Made by a program: the position numbers and the translations under genes. Below are positions 1-9,982 of a stretch of 64,000 nucleotides of DNA, piece after piece. How positions within the stretch are numbered: position 1 is the first letter of the stretch; each line of letters begins with the position of its first letter. The stretch is from Alphaproteobacteria bacterium (lineage in GTDB: Bacteria; Pseudomonadota; Alphaproteobacteria; SP197). The DNA is taken from NCBI GenBank assembly GCA_965116515.1, contig OZ220705.1:2399565-2463564 (forward strand). Direction: 5' to 3'. The notes under the pieces are model-generated. The model made no database searches and was not told where the DNA came from. It saw only the letters and a list, made by a program, of their open reading frames with translations.

Positions 1-1
1 C

Positions 2-324
2 AAGCAGCCCTACATCGAGATGGCGCTGCTCAAGGGAGCCCCCAAGTCGCGCATCATCATCCGTCACGCGATTCCCAATGCTCTGGGCCGATCGTCAATG
101 TGGTGGCGCTCAATCTTGCCTACCTGGTGAGCGGTGTGGTGATCGTCGAAGTCATCTTCACCTATCCCGGGCTGGGCCGCCTCATGGTGGATTCCGTCAT
201 CTTCCGCGACCTGCCGCTCATCCAGGTGGCGGCGCTCGTTTTCTGCGGCTTCTATGTCGCCCTCAACATCACGGCCGACGTCACCGCCATCATGGCCAAC
301 CCGCGACTGAGGTTCGCCAAGTGA
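2..324 (+). CDS. ABC transporter permease, DppB/OppB-like C-terminal part. The 5' end lies outside the window. There is an apparent -1 frameshift near nt 86-90: frame 2 reads '...RHAIPNALG', frame 1 continues 'PIVNVVALNLAYLVSGVVIVEVIFTYPGLGRL...'.
   Basis: Conserved permease C-terminal motif EVIFxxPGLGRL; one C appears missing in the 'ctgggccgatc' run, so the two halves sit in different frames. The stop at 322-324 overlaps the start of the next permease. Confidence 0.6.
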   Translation, partial: AALHRDGAAQGSPQVAHHHPSRDSQCSGPIVNVVALNLAYLVSGVVIVEVIFTYPGLGRLMVDSVIFRDLPLIQVAALVFCGFYVALNITADVTAIMANPRLRFAK

Positions 325-1187
325 CCCGTGTCGCGGGACGCACCCGTTCGAAGCGCGCCCGGCCGCGGCCCGACGGATGGGCCTGGGCGGGCATCGTCAT
401 TGTCGCCACCGGCCTCCTTCTGGCGGTCGCCGGGCCGTGGCTGGCGCCCCACAACGTCGGCGCCATCATCTCGGACTCCAACTTCGAGGCGCCCGGCATC
501 ACCACTCTCCTTGGGACCGATACGCTGGGCCGTGACATACTGTCACGCCTCCTCCATGGCGCCCGCCTGACAGTGGGTGTGGCGCTCGCCGCTACCGTGC
601 TCGGCTTCCTCATCGGCATGGCCGCCGGGTTCTCGGCGGCTGAGATCAAGGGACGCTACGACGATTTCATGCTGTGGCTGGCGGACATGATGCTGTCCTT
701 TCCACCGCTGCTGCTGGCCCTGATCGTCATCGCCTCTCTCTCGTCGAGCCTGCCGGTTCTCATCTGTACGATCGCCGTCCTCCACGCCTCCCGCGTCGCC
801 CGTGTCGGCCGGGCAGTGGCCATGAACGTCGCCGCCCTGGAGTTCGTCGAAGTGGCGCGGGCGAGGGGAGAGAGCCTGGTGTCCATCCTGGTGCGCGAGA
901 TCTGGCCATCGACGATCCGTCCCCTGGCCGTCGAGTTCGGGCTGCGCCTGACGTACTCGATCCTCTTCCTGTCGAGTCTGAGTTTCCTCGGGCTCGGTAT
1001 CCAGCCGCCCGAAGCCGACTGGGGCTCCATGGTGAGGGAGAACCTGAACGCCTTGCAGACGGGTGCCTATCTTGCCGTCCTGCTTCCTGCTTTCTCCATC
1101 GCCATCCTGACTGTTGGCGTCAACCTCATCGTCGACTGGCTCGGAGCGCAGTCGGGACGGTCGATTTCCGAAGAGCTCACCGGATGA
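321..1187 (+). CDS. ABC transporter permease, DppC/OppC-like (inner membrane component).
   Basis: GTG start overlapping the upstream stop. Hydrophobic TM-rich translation with the BPD_transp_1-like pattern typical of DppC; sits between a permease and a fused ATPase. Confidence 0.8.
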   Translation: MTRVAGRTRSKRARPRPDGWAWAGIVIVATGLLLAVAGPWLAPHNVGAIISDSNFEAPGITTLLGTDTLGRDILSRLLHGARLTVGVALAATVLGFLIGMAAGFSAAEIKGRYDDFMLWLADMMLSFPPLLLALIVIASLSSSLPVLICTIAVLHASRVARVGRAVAMNVAALEFVEVARARGESLVSILVREIWPSTIRPLAVEFGLRLTYSILFLSSLSFLGLGIQPPEADWGSMVRENLNALQTGAYLAVLLPAFSIAILTVGVNLIVDWLGAQSGRSISEELTG

Positions 1188-3025
1188 CGGCCTTTCTCAG
1201 AATCGAGGATCTCGTCGTCGAGGGACGGCCGCCGTCGGGAATCTGGGTGGAGACGGTGCATCGCTGCAGCGTTGAGGTGCATCCGGGCGAGGTCGTGGCC
1301 CTGATCGGCGAATCGGGTGCCGGAAAGACGACGGTGGCGCTTGCGGCGCTGGGTTATGCGCGGCCCGGAACCCGCTTCCGGAACGGTCGGGTCTTCCTTG
1401 AGGGCCGCGATGTCCTTGCCATGTCGATTGCCGAGAAGCGCGACCTGCGTGGCCGTGATGTCGCCTACGTGGCACAGAGTGCGCAGGCCTCGCTCAACCC
1501 CTCCATTCCCGTGGGCGAACAGATCGCGGAGAGCCTTCACCTGCACCAGGTCGCCGAAGGCGCCGACGCAACGCGGCGGACGATCGAGCTGCTCGATCTC
1601 CTCGACATACCGCACCCCGAGATGATCGTCCGACGCTATCCGCACCAGACATCGGGCGGCCAGCAGCAACGGATCATGATGGCCATGGCGCTGGCCTGCC
1701 GGCCGCGGCTGCTGGTGCTCGACGAGCCGACAACGGCCCTTGACGTGACCACACAGATCGAGGTGCTCAAGGCGATCAAGTCGGTCAACCGCGACCTCGG
1801 CACCGCATCGATTTACGTCAGCCATGATCTTTCCGTTGTCGCCCAGGTGGCCGACAGGATTCTGGTCATGAACCAGGGACACGTCGTGGAAGAGGGAGAG
1901 ACCTCCCGCATTCTCGATGATGCGAGGGAGGACTACACGCGGACCCTGCTGGGTGCGGTGAAACCGCCGCCTTCACCCGAGAAGACGGTGGTCAACCCCA
2001 CCGTGACCAGCGGCAGTGAGCCGGTGATTTCCGTCAAGCATACCTCTGCCAGCTACGCCCGGCAGACCCTGTTCGGCACCATCGAACGCGAGCAATACGT
2101 GCTCCATGACATTGCGCTCGATGTCTGGCCCCGCGAAGTGCTGGCCGTGGTCGGCGAGTCGGGAAGCGGCAAGTCGACCCTCGCCAGGGTCATGGCCGGT
2201 CTGCATCCGCCTCTTCCCGGTGCCGAGATCACGCTTGACGGCGATCTGCTTGCCGGCCGGGCGCGGCGCAGAACACGCGATCAGCTGCGCCGCATCCAGA
2301 TCATATTCCAGAGCCCGGACCAGTCGCTCAACCCGGAACGGCGTGTCGACGATGCTATCGGAAGGCCTCTCGAACTCTATTTCGGCATGTCGGGATCCGA
2401 GAAGTACGACCGGATCGCCGATCTCCTCGAGTTGGTCGGACTCGACCCTGATTACGCCGGGCGCTTTCCCGCCGAACTGTCGGGTGGCGAGCGCCAGCGT
2501 GTCTCCATCGCCCGGGCCTTTGCCGCCGAACCGGACATCATCCTGTGTGACGAGGTTCTGTCCGCCCTCGATACCGTCGTGGCCGCCCGCGTGCTCGAAC
2601 TGATGAAGGACCTGCGGGAATCCCACCAGGTGGCCTACGTCTTCATCAGCCACGATCTTTCGACCGTCGCCTCGATCGCCGACCGGGTGGCGGTCATGTA
2701 TGCCGGCAGGATCGTCGATGCCGGTTACACCAGCGATGTGTTCGCGCCGCCGCATCATCCCTACACTCAGCTGCTCATCAATTCCGTGCCGGCGCTGCGC
2801 CAGGGATGGCTCGAGGAAGTCATCACGAGCCGCGAGGCGGAAGCGGGCATGCGTTCCAATGTCATGCTTCACGACCGCCCGTGTCCCTTCCGCATGCGCT
2901 GTCCCCTCGTCATTACCGGAACCTGCGACAGGGAACCGGCGCCGGCAAGGGAGATGGGACGCGGGCATGTCGTCATGTGCCAGCACGACGAGGCGACCCT
3001 CCTCGCGGCGCAGGGCGGAACCTGA
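1184..3025 (+). CDS. Fused double-domain ABC ATP-binding protein (DppD/DppF-like; two NBDs in one polypeptide).
   Basis: ATGA overlap with the upstream permease. Two Walker A sites ([16 protein letters not shown]), two LSGG(Q/E)RQR signature motifs, and a C-terminal oligopeptide-ABC extension. Confidence 0.85.
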   Translation: MTAFLRIEDLVVEGRPPSGIWVETVHRCSVEVHPGEVVALIGESGAGKTTVALAALGYARPGTRFRNGRVFLEGRDVLAMSIAEKRDLRGRDVAYVAQSAQASLNPSIPVGEQIAESLHLHQVAEGADATRRTIELLDLLDIPHPEMIVRRYPHQTSGGQQQRIMMAMALACRPRLLVLDEPTTALDVTTQIEVLKAIKSVNRDLGTASIYVSHDLSVVAQVADRILVMNQGHVVEEGETSRILDDAREDYTRTLLGAVKPPPSPEKTVVNPTVTSGSEPVISVKHTSASYARQTLFGTIEREQYVLHDIALDVWPREVLAVVGESGSGKSTLARVMAGLHPPLPGAEITLDGDLLAGRARRRTRDQLRRIQIIFQSPDQSLNPERRVDDAIGRPLELYFGMSGSEKYDRIADLLELVGLDPDYAGRFPAELSGGERQRVSIARAFAAEPDIILCDEVLSALDTVVAARVLELMKDLRESHQVAYVFISHDLSTVASIADRVAVMYAGRIVDAGYTSDVFAPPHHPYTQLLINSVPALRQGWLEEVITSREAEAGMRSNVMLHDRPCPFRMRCPLVITGTCDREPAPAREMGRGHVVMCQHDEATLLAAQGGT

Positions 3026-3028
3026 GCC

Positions 3029-4462
3029 CTATCCGTCGAGCGGTGGCCTCGTTGCGGTTTCGCCGTAGAGTGGCATGGCGGATTCGATTGCATGAGCCAC
3101 CCGGAACACGGTCTCCTCGTCGAAGGGATTGCCGACGACCTGCACGCCGGTGGGAACCCCGTTGGTGTCAAACCCCGAGGGGACGGACAGTACCGGCAGG
3201 CGGCTGAACGCGTTGAATGCCGGGGTCATGATGACACTGTGGATATCATGGTCGACACCGTCGACGGTGACAGGCTGTTCCCAGTCCTTCAGGTCTGCCG
3301 GTATCGCGGTGGTGCCCACTGTCGGGCAAATAAAGACGTCGTGGCGCGCCAGGTCGGGCATGAACTTCAGCCAGGCGTCGCCGATCGCCTTCATGCAGGC
3401 GTGGAACATGCGGGGCGTATAGTGTTCGTTGTGTCGCGCGAAGGTCACCGTGTAGTCGCAGACGAGGTCGGGATGGCGATCCGCGGCATCGCTGAATTCA
3501 TCGGCATAGATCATTCCTCCCCAGGCCGGGAAGGCATCCAGCAGATCCCCGGCCCACGGGGTTGCAATCTCTTGCGTGCTGGCTCCTGCAAGGACCGTTT
3601 CGATGATCTGCCGGGTATTCTTCCTCACTGCCTGCGAGACGGCGTGGCTTGCGAGATCCTCCGACCAGGCCACCTTCAGTCCCTCCACGCCTGCCGGACA
3701 CTCGGGCAGCAACGGGGCACCGGGAACGTGTGCCGGGTCCCTTGCTCCATGGGGGCCGTTGGCGATAGCGTTCTGCACGAGCGCGGCGTCGCCGCTGGTA
3801 CGGGTCATGGGGCCGATGTGAAAGAAGGGATCCATCGCCACTTCGGGACTTCCGGGGTTGCGGCCGTAGGGTGGCTTGTAGCCGGTGATGCCGCACATCG
3901 CAGCCGGCATCCTGATACTTCCGGCACTGTCGGAACCGGTGGCAAGCGTCGTTGTTCCGGCCGCGACGGCGGCGGCAGCGCCGCCGGACGAGGCGCCGCA
4001 CGTGATCGCCGTGTTCCATGGATTGCGCGTGATCCCGTGCAGACGCGACGTGCATGTCCAGGGCCAGACGAACTCCGGGCATGTGGTGAGGGCATGGATG
4101 ATCGCTCCCTCATCGACAAGGCCGGCTACGGTGGGATTGGTGTGATCCGCCAGGTTGTCGGCAAAGATGAGGGATCCAAAGGTCCGGGGCTTGCCGAGTA
4201 CGGCCGTATCTTCCTTGACCGCCAGCGTCAGACCCTCAAGCCGTCTGGGACCGCCATCCTTCCCGGCATAGCGCGCTTCCGCTCGCCGTGCCGCCTCCAG
4301 GGCTTCATCGAAGAAGGTGAAGGCAAGGGCATTGACACGGCCCTCGACCACGCCGGCACGGGCAATCTGTGCCTCGAGAATGTCCACGGGCGAAAGTTCG
4401 CGGGCCCTGAACAGCCGCAAGGCCTCCCTGGCGTCAAGAAAGCAGAGGTCGGTGTCGGTCAT
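3029..4462 (-). CDS. Amidase (amidase-signature family). An alternative upstream start at 4513 is possible.
   Basis: AS-family signature GASSGGAAAAVAAG...GSDSAGSIRMPAAMCG; about 478 aa. Confidence 0.8.
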   Translation of the reverse strand: MTDTDLCFLDAREALRLFRARELSPVDILEAQIARAGVVEGRVNALAFTFFDEALEAARRAEARYAGKDGGPRRLEGLTLAVKEDTAVLGKPRTFGSLIFADNLADHTNPTVAGLVDEGAIIHALTTCPEFVWPWTCTSRLHGITRNPWNTAITCGASSGGAAAAVAAGTTTLATGSDSAGSIRMPAAMCGITGYKPPYGRNPGSPEVAMDPFFHIGPMTRTSGDAALVQNAIANGPHGARDPAHVPGAPLLPECPAGVEGLKVAWSEDLASHAVSQAVRKNTRQIIETVLAGASTQEIATPWAGDLLDAFPAWGGMIYADEFSDAADRHPDLVCDYTVTFARHNEHYTPRMFHACMKAIGDAWLKFMPDLARHDVFICPTVGTTAIPADLKDWEQPVTVDGVDHDIHSVIMTPAFNAFSRLPVLSVPSGFDTNGVPTGVQVVGNPFDEETVFRVAHAIESAMPLYGETATRPPLDG

Positions 4463-4524
4463 GGGCGGATGATCCGGAATGGGAATGCCAGCAAGAAACC
4501 ACAGGCCACACACGGAACAGTCCG

Positions 4525-5184
4525 GTGAACGATCCCGGGCGTCGCCTTGCCGCCGAATTCATCGGCACGGCCTTCCTGCTGGCGACCGTCATCGGATCGG
4601 GCATCATGGCAGAGACGATGTCACCGGACAACGCCGGCATCGCGCTTGCCGGGAACACGCTGGCCACGGCGGCCATGCTGGTCGTCCTGATCCTGATCTA
4701 CGGCCCCGTTTCGGGTGCCCACTTCAATCCGGCGGTGACACTGGCTTTCGCCCTCAGGCGTGACATCACGGTGGCTGAGGCGGCGGCCTATGTCGTGGTC
4801 CAGGTGGCCGGCGCCCTTGCAGGCGCCATGCTCGCCCATGTCATGTTCGACCAGCCGCTTCTCCTTGCCTCGCAGCAGGCGCGCACGGGCGTCGGCCAGT
4901 GGACAGGGGAACTGGTGGCCACGTTCTCCCTGGTGGCCACCATTCTTGGCTGTCTGAAGTGGCGTCCGGATGCCGTGCCGTGGGCCGTTGGCCTGGCGAT
5001 CGCCGGCGGTTACTGGTACACCTCCTCGACCTCTTTCGCCAATCCGGCTGTCACCATTGCCCGCAGTCTGACGGACACCTTCTCCGGTATCCTTCCGGCC
5101 CACGCACCGGCGTTCATCGCTGCGCAGTGCGCTGGCTCCATCATCGCTGTCGTGCTGTTCGGCTGGCTCCTGCGGCGGAACTGA
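4525..5184 (+). CDS. MIP family channel (aquaporin/glycerol-facilitator-like).
   Basis: Two NPA boxes (HFNPAVT and NPAVTIAR), an AEFIGT helix-1 start, 219 aa with six predicted TM segments. Confidence 0.85.
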   Translation: MNDPGRRLAAEFIGTAFLLATVIGSGIMAETMSPDNAGIALAGNTLATAAMLVVLILIYGPVSGAHFNPAVTLAFALRRDITVAEAAAYVVVQVAGALAGAMLAHVMFDQPLLLASQQARTGVGQWTGELVATFSLVATILGCLKWRPDAVPWAVGLAIAGGYWYTSSTSFANPAVTIARSLTDTFSGILPAHAPAFIAAQCAGSIIAVVLFGWLLRRN

Positions 5185-5202
5185 ACCGCAAGAGGATACG
5201 GC

Positions 5203-7587
5203 ATGCAGTTCGCCATGGGCCAACCCAATCCGAGAACCGAGGATCCTCGCCTTGTGAGGGGAGGCGGATGCTATGCCGATGATGTGAATCTCGACGGTCA
5301 GTTGTGGGGAGCGGTGCTCCGTTCACCCCACGCCCATGCCGCCATCGACGGGATCGACTGCAGTGAAGCGCGCGCCGGGTCCGGAGTGCGCCTTGTCCTG
5401 ACCGCCGCCGACCTGGAGGCCGAGGGAATTGGCTCCCTGCCGTTCGTTGGCGCCGTCACCAACCGGGACGGATCTCCCATCGCGGCAATTCCACACCCGG
5501 TTCTGGCGACCTGCAGGGTCCGGCATGTCGGCGAACCGGTAGTTTTCGTGGTGGCGGAGTCGCGGGAGGCGGCCCGTGATGCATGCGAAGCGGTCCATGT
5601 CGACTACCGTCCGCTCGATGCCGTGACCGGCACCGCCCGGGCCCTTGGAGACGATGCGCCGCAACTGTGGGAGGAAGCGCCGGGCAACGTGGTGCTTGAC
5701 TGGGAGGTCGGAGACTCCGCTGCGGTTCACAGCGCCTTCGCCACGGCCGATCGAGTGGTGGAACTCGACGTGGTCAACAACCGCGTGGTCGTCGCACCCC
5801 TGGAGCCGCGTGCGGCAGTCGGTGACTACGCGCCCGAAAGCGGCCGCTTCACCCTCCATGCCTGCTCGCAGGGCGCCCACAAACTCGCTGCCCCCTTGGT
5901 CAAGAGTGTTCTCAAGGTGCCGACAGACTGTCTTCGCGTGCTGACCGGAGATGTGGGCGGCGCCTTCGGCATGAAGAACTTTCTTTTTCACGAGTATGTC
6001 CTCGTGCTGGTTGCGGCGCGGCGCCTGCAGCGGCCGGTCAAGTGGACGGCGGACCGCAGCGAGAGTTTTGTCAGCGACCTGCAGGGCCGCGACCGTGTCA
6101 TGAAGGGGCGGATGGCCTTCGACAGTGCCTGCCGGATCGTCGCCCTGGAGGTCGATGTCATTGCCAATTTCGGCGCCTACGTTTCGCAGTTCATGCCATT
6201 CGTGGCCACCCGTGCCGCCACCGCCATCCAGTCCATGGCCTACAGGATTCCGGCCATCCACACCCGGGTGCGTGGGGTGATGACCAACACCGTGCCGATC
6301 GATGCCTACCGGGGGGCGGGCCGCCCGGAAACCGGGTTCATGGTCGAACGCCTGCTCGACCTCGCGGCGCGCCGTTTCGGACTTTCCGGGAGCGCCATCC
6401 GCCGCCTCAATCACGTACGCGAGGAAGACTTTCCCTGGGACACCGGTGTCGGTGTCATCTACGACTGCGGCGAATTCGCCCGCCATCTTGACCGGGCGCT
6501 CGACCATGCCGATGTCGCCGGTTTCCCGTCGCGCCGCGAGGAGGCAGCCCGCCGCGGCATGTTGCGCGGTCTCGGTGTCACGGGCGTCTTCGACCGCTGC
6601 GGCGGCATGGGGCCGGACATGGTCGACCTCGATATCGACAGCGAGGGACATGTCCTTGCCAGGGTGGGAACGCAGACAAACGGGCAGGGCCACGAGACGG
6701 TCTACACGCAGATCATCGCAGACAGGCTCAAGGTCGATCCCGGACGCATCCGCATTCTCCAGGGTGACAACGAACTGGTGCCCTTCGGTTCGGGTAATGG
6801 TGGATCCAACTTCATCGCCATCGCCGGCAGCGCCTGTCTCATCGCTGTCGGACATGCCATCGACAAGGGGCGGCGCATCACGGCGCACCTCCTCGAGACG
6901 GCGGTCGACGACATTGTCTTCGAGGACGGTGTGTTTCGTATTGACGGCACTGACCGGACATTGACTTTCGATGAGGTGGCGGAGGCGGCCGGGGATCCCG
7001 CCAGCCTGGCGCAAGGGGAGGAAACGGGCTGGCGGGTGAGCGGCACCTACAAGCCTCCGGATGGACCGGCCTTCCCCAACGGCACCCACATCTGCGAACT
7101 TGAGGTCGATCCCGAAACCGGGGTGACGGAACTCAAGCGTTATGTCGCGGTGGACGACGCCGGAGTCGTCATCAATCCCCTTCTGGTTGACGGACAGGTG
7201 CACGGTGGCGTGGTCCAGGGCATCGGCCAGGCCCTGGCCGAGGAGGCTCTCTATGACCCCGATTCGGGCCAGCTGCTCACAGGTTCCTTCCTCGACTACC
7301 AGCTTCCCAGGGCCGGCGATCTTGTCATGATCGAAACCGACCGCATCGAGGTGCCGACGACACGCAATCTTCTCGGCGTCAAGGGAATCGGCGAAACCGG
7401 GGCGATCGGCAGCCCTCCGGCCGTCATCAACGCGATGGTGGATGCCCTCGCTCCCCTTGGCATCGATCACATCGACATGCCTGCCACACCGCTCAAGGTG
7501 TGGCAGGCGATCAGGAATGCTCCGGCGAGAGCCGATCGCGGGTACAAGAGGGAAATTCGGGACCATAACCGGGAGAAGCGCCCATGA
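5203..7587 (+). CDS. Molybdopterin-dependent hydroxylase large subunit (xanthine dehydrogenase / aerobic CO-dehydrogenase CoxL / aldehyde oxidase family).
   Basis: 794 aa with the characteristic family architecture (N-terminal a/b-hammerhead-like region, GxxRxETG-like motifs). RBS AAGAGGA upstream of the ATG. Confidence 0.85.
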   Translation: MQFAMGQPNPRTEDPRLVRGGGCYADDVNLDGQLWGAVLRSPHAHAAIDGIDCSEARAGSGVRLVLTAADLEAEGIGSLPFVGAVTNRDGSPIAAIPHPVLATCRVRHVGEPVVFVVAESREAARDACEAVHVDYRPLDAVTGTARALGDDAPQLWEEAPGNVVLDWEVGDSAAVHSAFATADRVVELDVVNNRVVVAPLEPRAAVGDYAPESGRFTLHACSQGAHKLAAPLVKSVLKVPTDCLRVLTGDVGGAFGMKNFLFHEYVLVLVAARRLQRPVKWTADRSESFVSDLQGRDRVMKGRMAFDSACRIVALEVDVIANFGAYVSQFMPFVATRAATAIQSMAYRIPAIHTRVRGVMTNTVPIDAYRGAGRPETGFMVERLLDLAARRFGLSGSAIRRLNHVREEDFPWDTGVGVIYDCGEFARHLDRALDHADVAGFPSRREEAARRGMLRGLGVTGVFDRCGGMGPDMVDLDIDSEGHVLARVGTQTNGQGHETVYTQIIADRLKVDPGRIRILQGDNELVPFGSGNGGSNFIAIAGSACLIAVGHAIDKGRRITAHLLETAVDDIVFEDGVFRIDGTDRTLTFDEVAEAAGDPASLAQGEETGWRVSGTYKPPDGPAFPNGTHICELEVDPETGVTELKRYVAVDDAGVVINPLLVDGQVHGGVVQGIGQALAEEALYDPDSGQLLTGSFLDYQLPRAGDLVMIETDRIEVPTTRNLLGVKGIGETGAIGSPPAVINAMVDALAPLGIDHIDMPATPLKVWQAIRNAPARADRGYKREIRDHNREKRP

Positions 7588-8747
7588 TTCCTTCATCAGA
7601 GTTTGCGGGGCGCCGGGACCGGGCCCGGCAGGCCGTCCGGGAGGCGGGTCTTGCCGGTCTCCTCGTCTGTTCGCGTGGCGGCGGCACCACCGACCGCTAC
7701 GCCGACGTCAAGTACCTCACCAACTTCTACACGCGGTTTCCCTATATTCCGGACGTACCTGGCGAGTGGACGGGCAGGGCCCACGCATTCGTCATCCTGC
7801 CGGCCGATGGCGAGCCGGTCCTCGTGGCAGACGACCGGCCGGAGCGGGACTCGGACCTTGCGATCGGCAATGTCACGGTGACCGGAGATGTGACGGGATC
7901 GGTGATTGCCGCGATGTTGAAGGCCGGACTTGCCGGGGGACGCGTCGGCGTCGCCGGATCCGACACCCTGCCGTGGAGCCTCCACAACGCTCTCGCTGCG
8001 GCCCTGCCAGAGGTGACGTGGATTCCGGCGGACGACATTCTCGGTCGTCTGCGCATGGTGAAGTCTCCAGGGGAGGTCGCGATGCTGCGTCGTGCCTCGC
8101 ACATCGGCAGCCGGGCCACCGAGGCGATGCTGGAGAGGGCTGTGCCCGGTGCAACACACGGCGAGGTGGTGGCCGCGGGCATGGAGGTCCTCGTGACCGC
8201 CGGGGGCATTCTCTACAACTCGTTCATGTCGTCGGGGAAGGGGGGCAACAGTCCGGTCACCGTGGCGAGCAGTTTCCCGACCTGGGGATCCGACGACGTG
8301 CTCGAGGATGGCGACTGGTTTCATGTCGGGATTTCGGGCGCCGTTGACGGCTACTACTTCGATCATGCCCGCTCGAAACCGGTCGGCCACGCCACTGCCG
8401 AACAGATCCGCGTCTTCGAGGCGCCGCTCCTGGCCGTCAGGGAGGCGATGGCAGGCATCCGTCCCGGCGTGACGGCCGCCGACATCGCCCGCGCCGGGCG
8501 CGAAAAACTCGAGAGTCTGGGTTTCGAGCTCGAGGGCTCCTTCAAGGGATTCGGCCACGGTATCGGTCTGGGCTGGGATTCACCGTGGCTGGTGGAGAGC
8601 GATCACACGCCCATCGAGGAGAACATGGTGCTGTGTGTCGAACGCAGTGTCCGTCACATGGGCTATGTCGGTGACTTCGAGGAAACCGTCGTGGTCACGA
8701 AGGACGGCTGCGAACTCCTCACCGACGCCCGCGTACGCTGGTGGTAG
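7584..8747 (+). CDS. M24 family metallopeptidase (Xaa-Pro aminopeptidase / creatinase-like).
   Basis: ATGA overlap with the upstream gene. Creatinase_N-like N-terminus plus a pita-bread fold region (HGIGLGWDSPW, metal ligands D/H/E); 387 aa. Confidence 0.8.
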   Translation: MIPSSEFAGRRDRARQAVREAGLAGLLVCSRGGGTTDRYADVKYLTNFYTRFPYIPDVPGEWTGRAHAFVILPADGEPVLVADDRPERDSDLAIGNVTVTGDVTGSVIAAMLKAGLAGGRVGVAGSDTLPWSLHNALAAALPEVTWIPADDILGRLRMVKSPGEVAMLRRASHIGSRATEAMLERAVPGATHGEVVAAGMEVLVTAGGILYNSFMSSGKGGNSPVTVASSFPTWGSDDVLEDGDWFHVGISGAVDGYYFDHARSKPVGHATAEQIRVFEAPLLAVREAMAGIRPGVTAADIARAGREKLESLGFELEGSFKGFGHGIGLGWDSPWLVESDHTPIEENMVLCVERSVRHMGYVGDFEETVVVTKDGCELLTDARVRWW

Positions 8748-9133
8748 CCCCGTCGGGAGGTTGTGTCATCACCGGGGCCTGTGGAGCTGGTCGGTCTCGC
8801 TCGGCGTTTTCGCGCATGCCGTGCACCGGCCTCAGGGAACCCTCCATCGCCATTGCACGGTAACCCTCACGGTGCAGGATGGCGTAGCGGGCTGGTTTGA
8901 CGCTGGCTTGAGATTGTTCGAATCCCTTGCAGGGTTTCTGAGCTACGGCGCTCGTGACGTTGCCCTTCCATGGCGCGAACGTGCGCCGGCGGAGGGTTAA
9001 AGCAGTTGTTGGGTCCCGGGCGTCAGGAATCAGCGAGTCATCATGGCGCGGCTCCTCGGTTCGAGATGAGCGCCAGTCGACTGCCCTGTTCGCGAGGCCG
9101 GCTGGCGATCAGGTAGAGAAGGTGAGGGGGAAG

Positions 9134-9982
9134 ATGTCGATGGCCAAACTGACCACGTCACAGCTGTTCGACACCGGCCGCTATCCGATGGATCGTCCAG
9201 GCGGCGCGGAGTTCGATGCGCTGGTCACGCAGGCACGGGCCGGGCTTGCTGAGACGAATTGCGCGCGCTTGGAATCATTTGTCCGGCCCGACATCCTTAA
9301 GCAGATGCAGGAAGAGGCCGAACGCCTCGCAGCCGAGGCCGTGTTCCATCCTGCCAGTCTCAATCCCTATTTCTCGCAACCGCCCGAAGGTACGCCCGAA
9401 GACCATCCCCTGAACCGCTTCTCACCGCGTCGGCACGGGATGATCCGCGCCGACAGGTTCCAGCGTGAGGGTGCGATCTGGACGATCTTCCAGAATGCCG
9501 ACTTGTGCCACTTCGTGGCGACCGCATTGGGCTACGACACGCTCTATGCGTATGACGACCCGTTCGGCAGCGTGAATGTCAATGTCCAGCCCGAAGGTTG
9601 CGAATTCGCCTGGCACTTCGACAACAACGATTTCACCGTCTCCTTCGGGCTGAAGCAATCCGCTGCGGGCGGAGACTTCGAATTCGTGCCCAACCTGCGC
9701 AGCGATACCGATGAGAACTACGAGGGCGTGAAGCACGTGCTGGATGGCGACCTGTCGAACGTGCGGTCGCTCAGGCTGGTGCCGGGTGACCTGCAACTCT
9801 TTCGCGGTGGATGCACGCTGCACCGGGTCACCGCACCGAAAGGCGGCGACCGACGCAGCCTGCTTGTGAGCTATGCCACCGAACCTGGCGCCATGACGTC
9901 CGCGGATACCGCGATGCGCATCTGGGGCGAGGCACATTCCGACCATTATGCCCATGATGCGCAAAGGGTAGAGACGGGATGA
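9134..9982 (+). CDS. Hypothetical protein, possibly an Fe(II)/2-oxoglutarate-dependent oxygenase-like fold (HxD...H candidates: WHFDNN ... TLHRV).
   Basis: Start chosen at ATG 9134, preceded by RBS AGGTGAGGGGG. Translationally coupled (ATGA) to the downstream sulfatase. No strong family recognition. Confidence 0.5.
   Translation: MSMAKLTTSQLFDTGRYPMDRPGGAEFDALVTQARAGLAETNCARLESFVRPDILKQMQEEAERLAAEAVFHPASLNPYFSQPPEGTPEDHPLNRFSPRRHGMIRADRFQREGAIWTIFQNADLCHFVATALGYDTLYAYDDPFGSVNVNVQPEGCEFAWHFDNNDFTVSFGLKQSAAGGDFEFVPNLRSDTDENYEGVKHVLDGDLSNVRSLRLVPGDLQLFRGGCTLHRVTAPKGGDRRSLLVSYATEPGAMTSADTAMRIWGEAHSDHYAHDAQRVETG

Noticed and set aside
1067-2986. Minus-strand ORFs (271 aa, 337 aa) inside the fused ABC ATPase gene
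   Set aside because: Antisense artefacts of a high-GC coding region.
5323-7596. 757-aa minus-strand ORF overlapping the molybdoenzyme gene
   Set aside because: Antisense GC-driven ORF; the plus-strand product has clear family similarity and an RBS.
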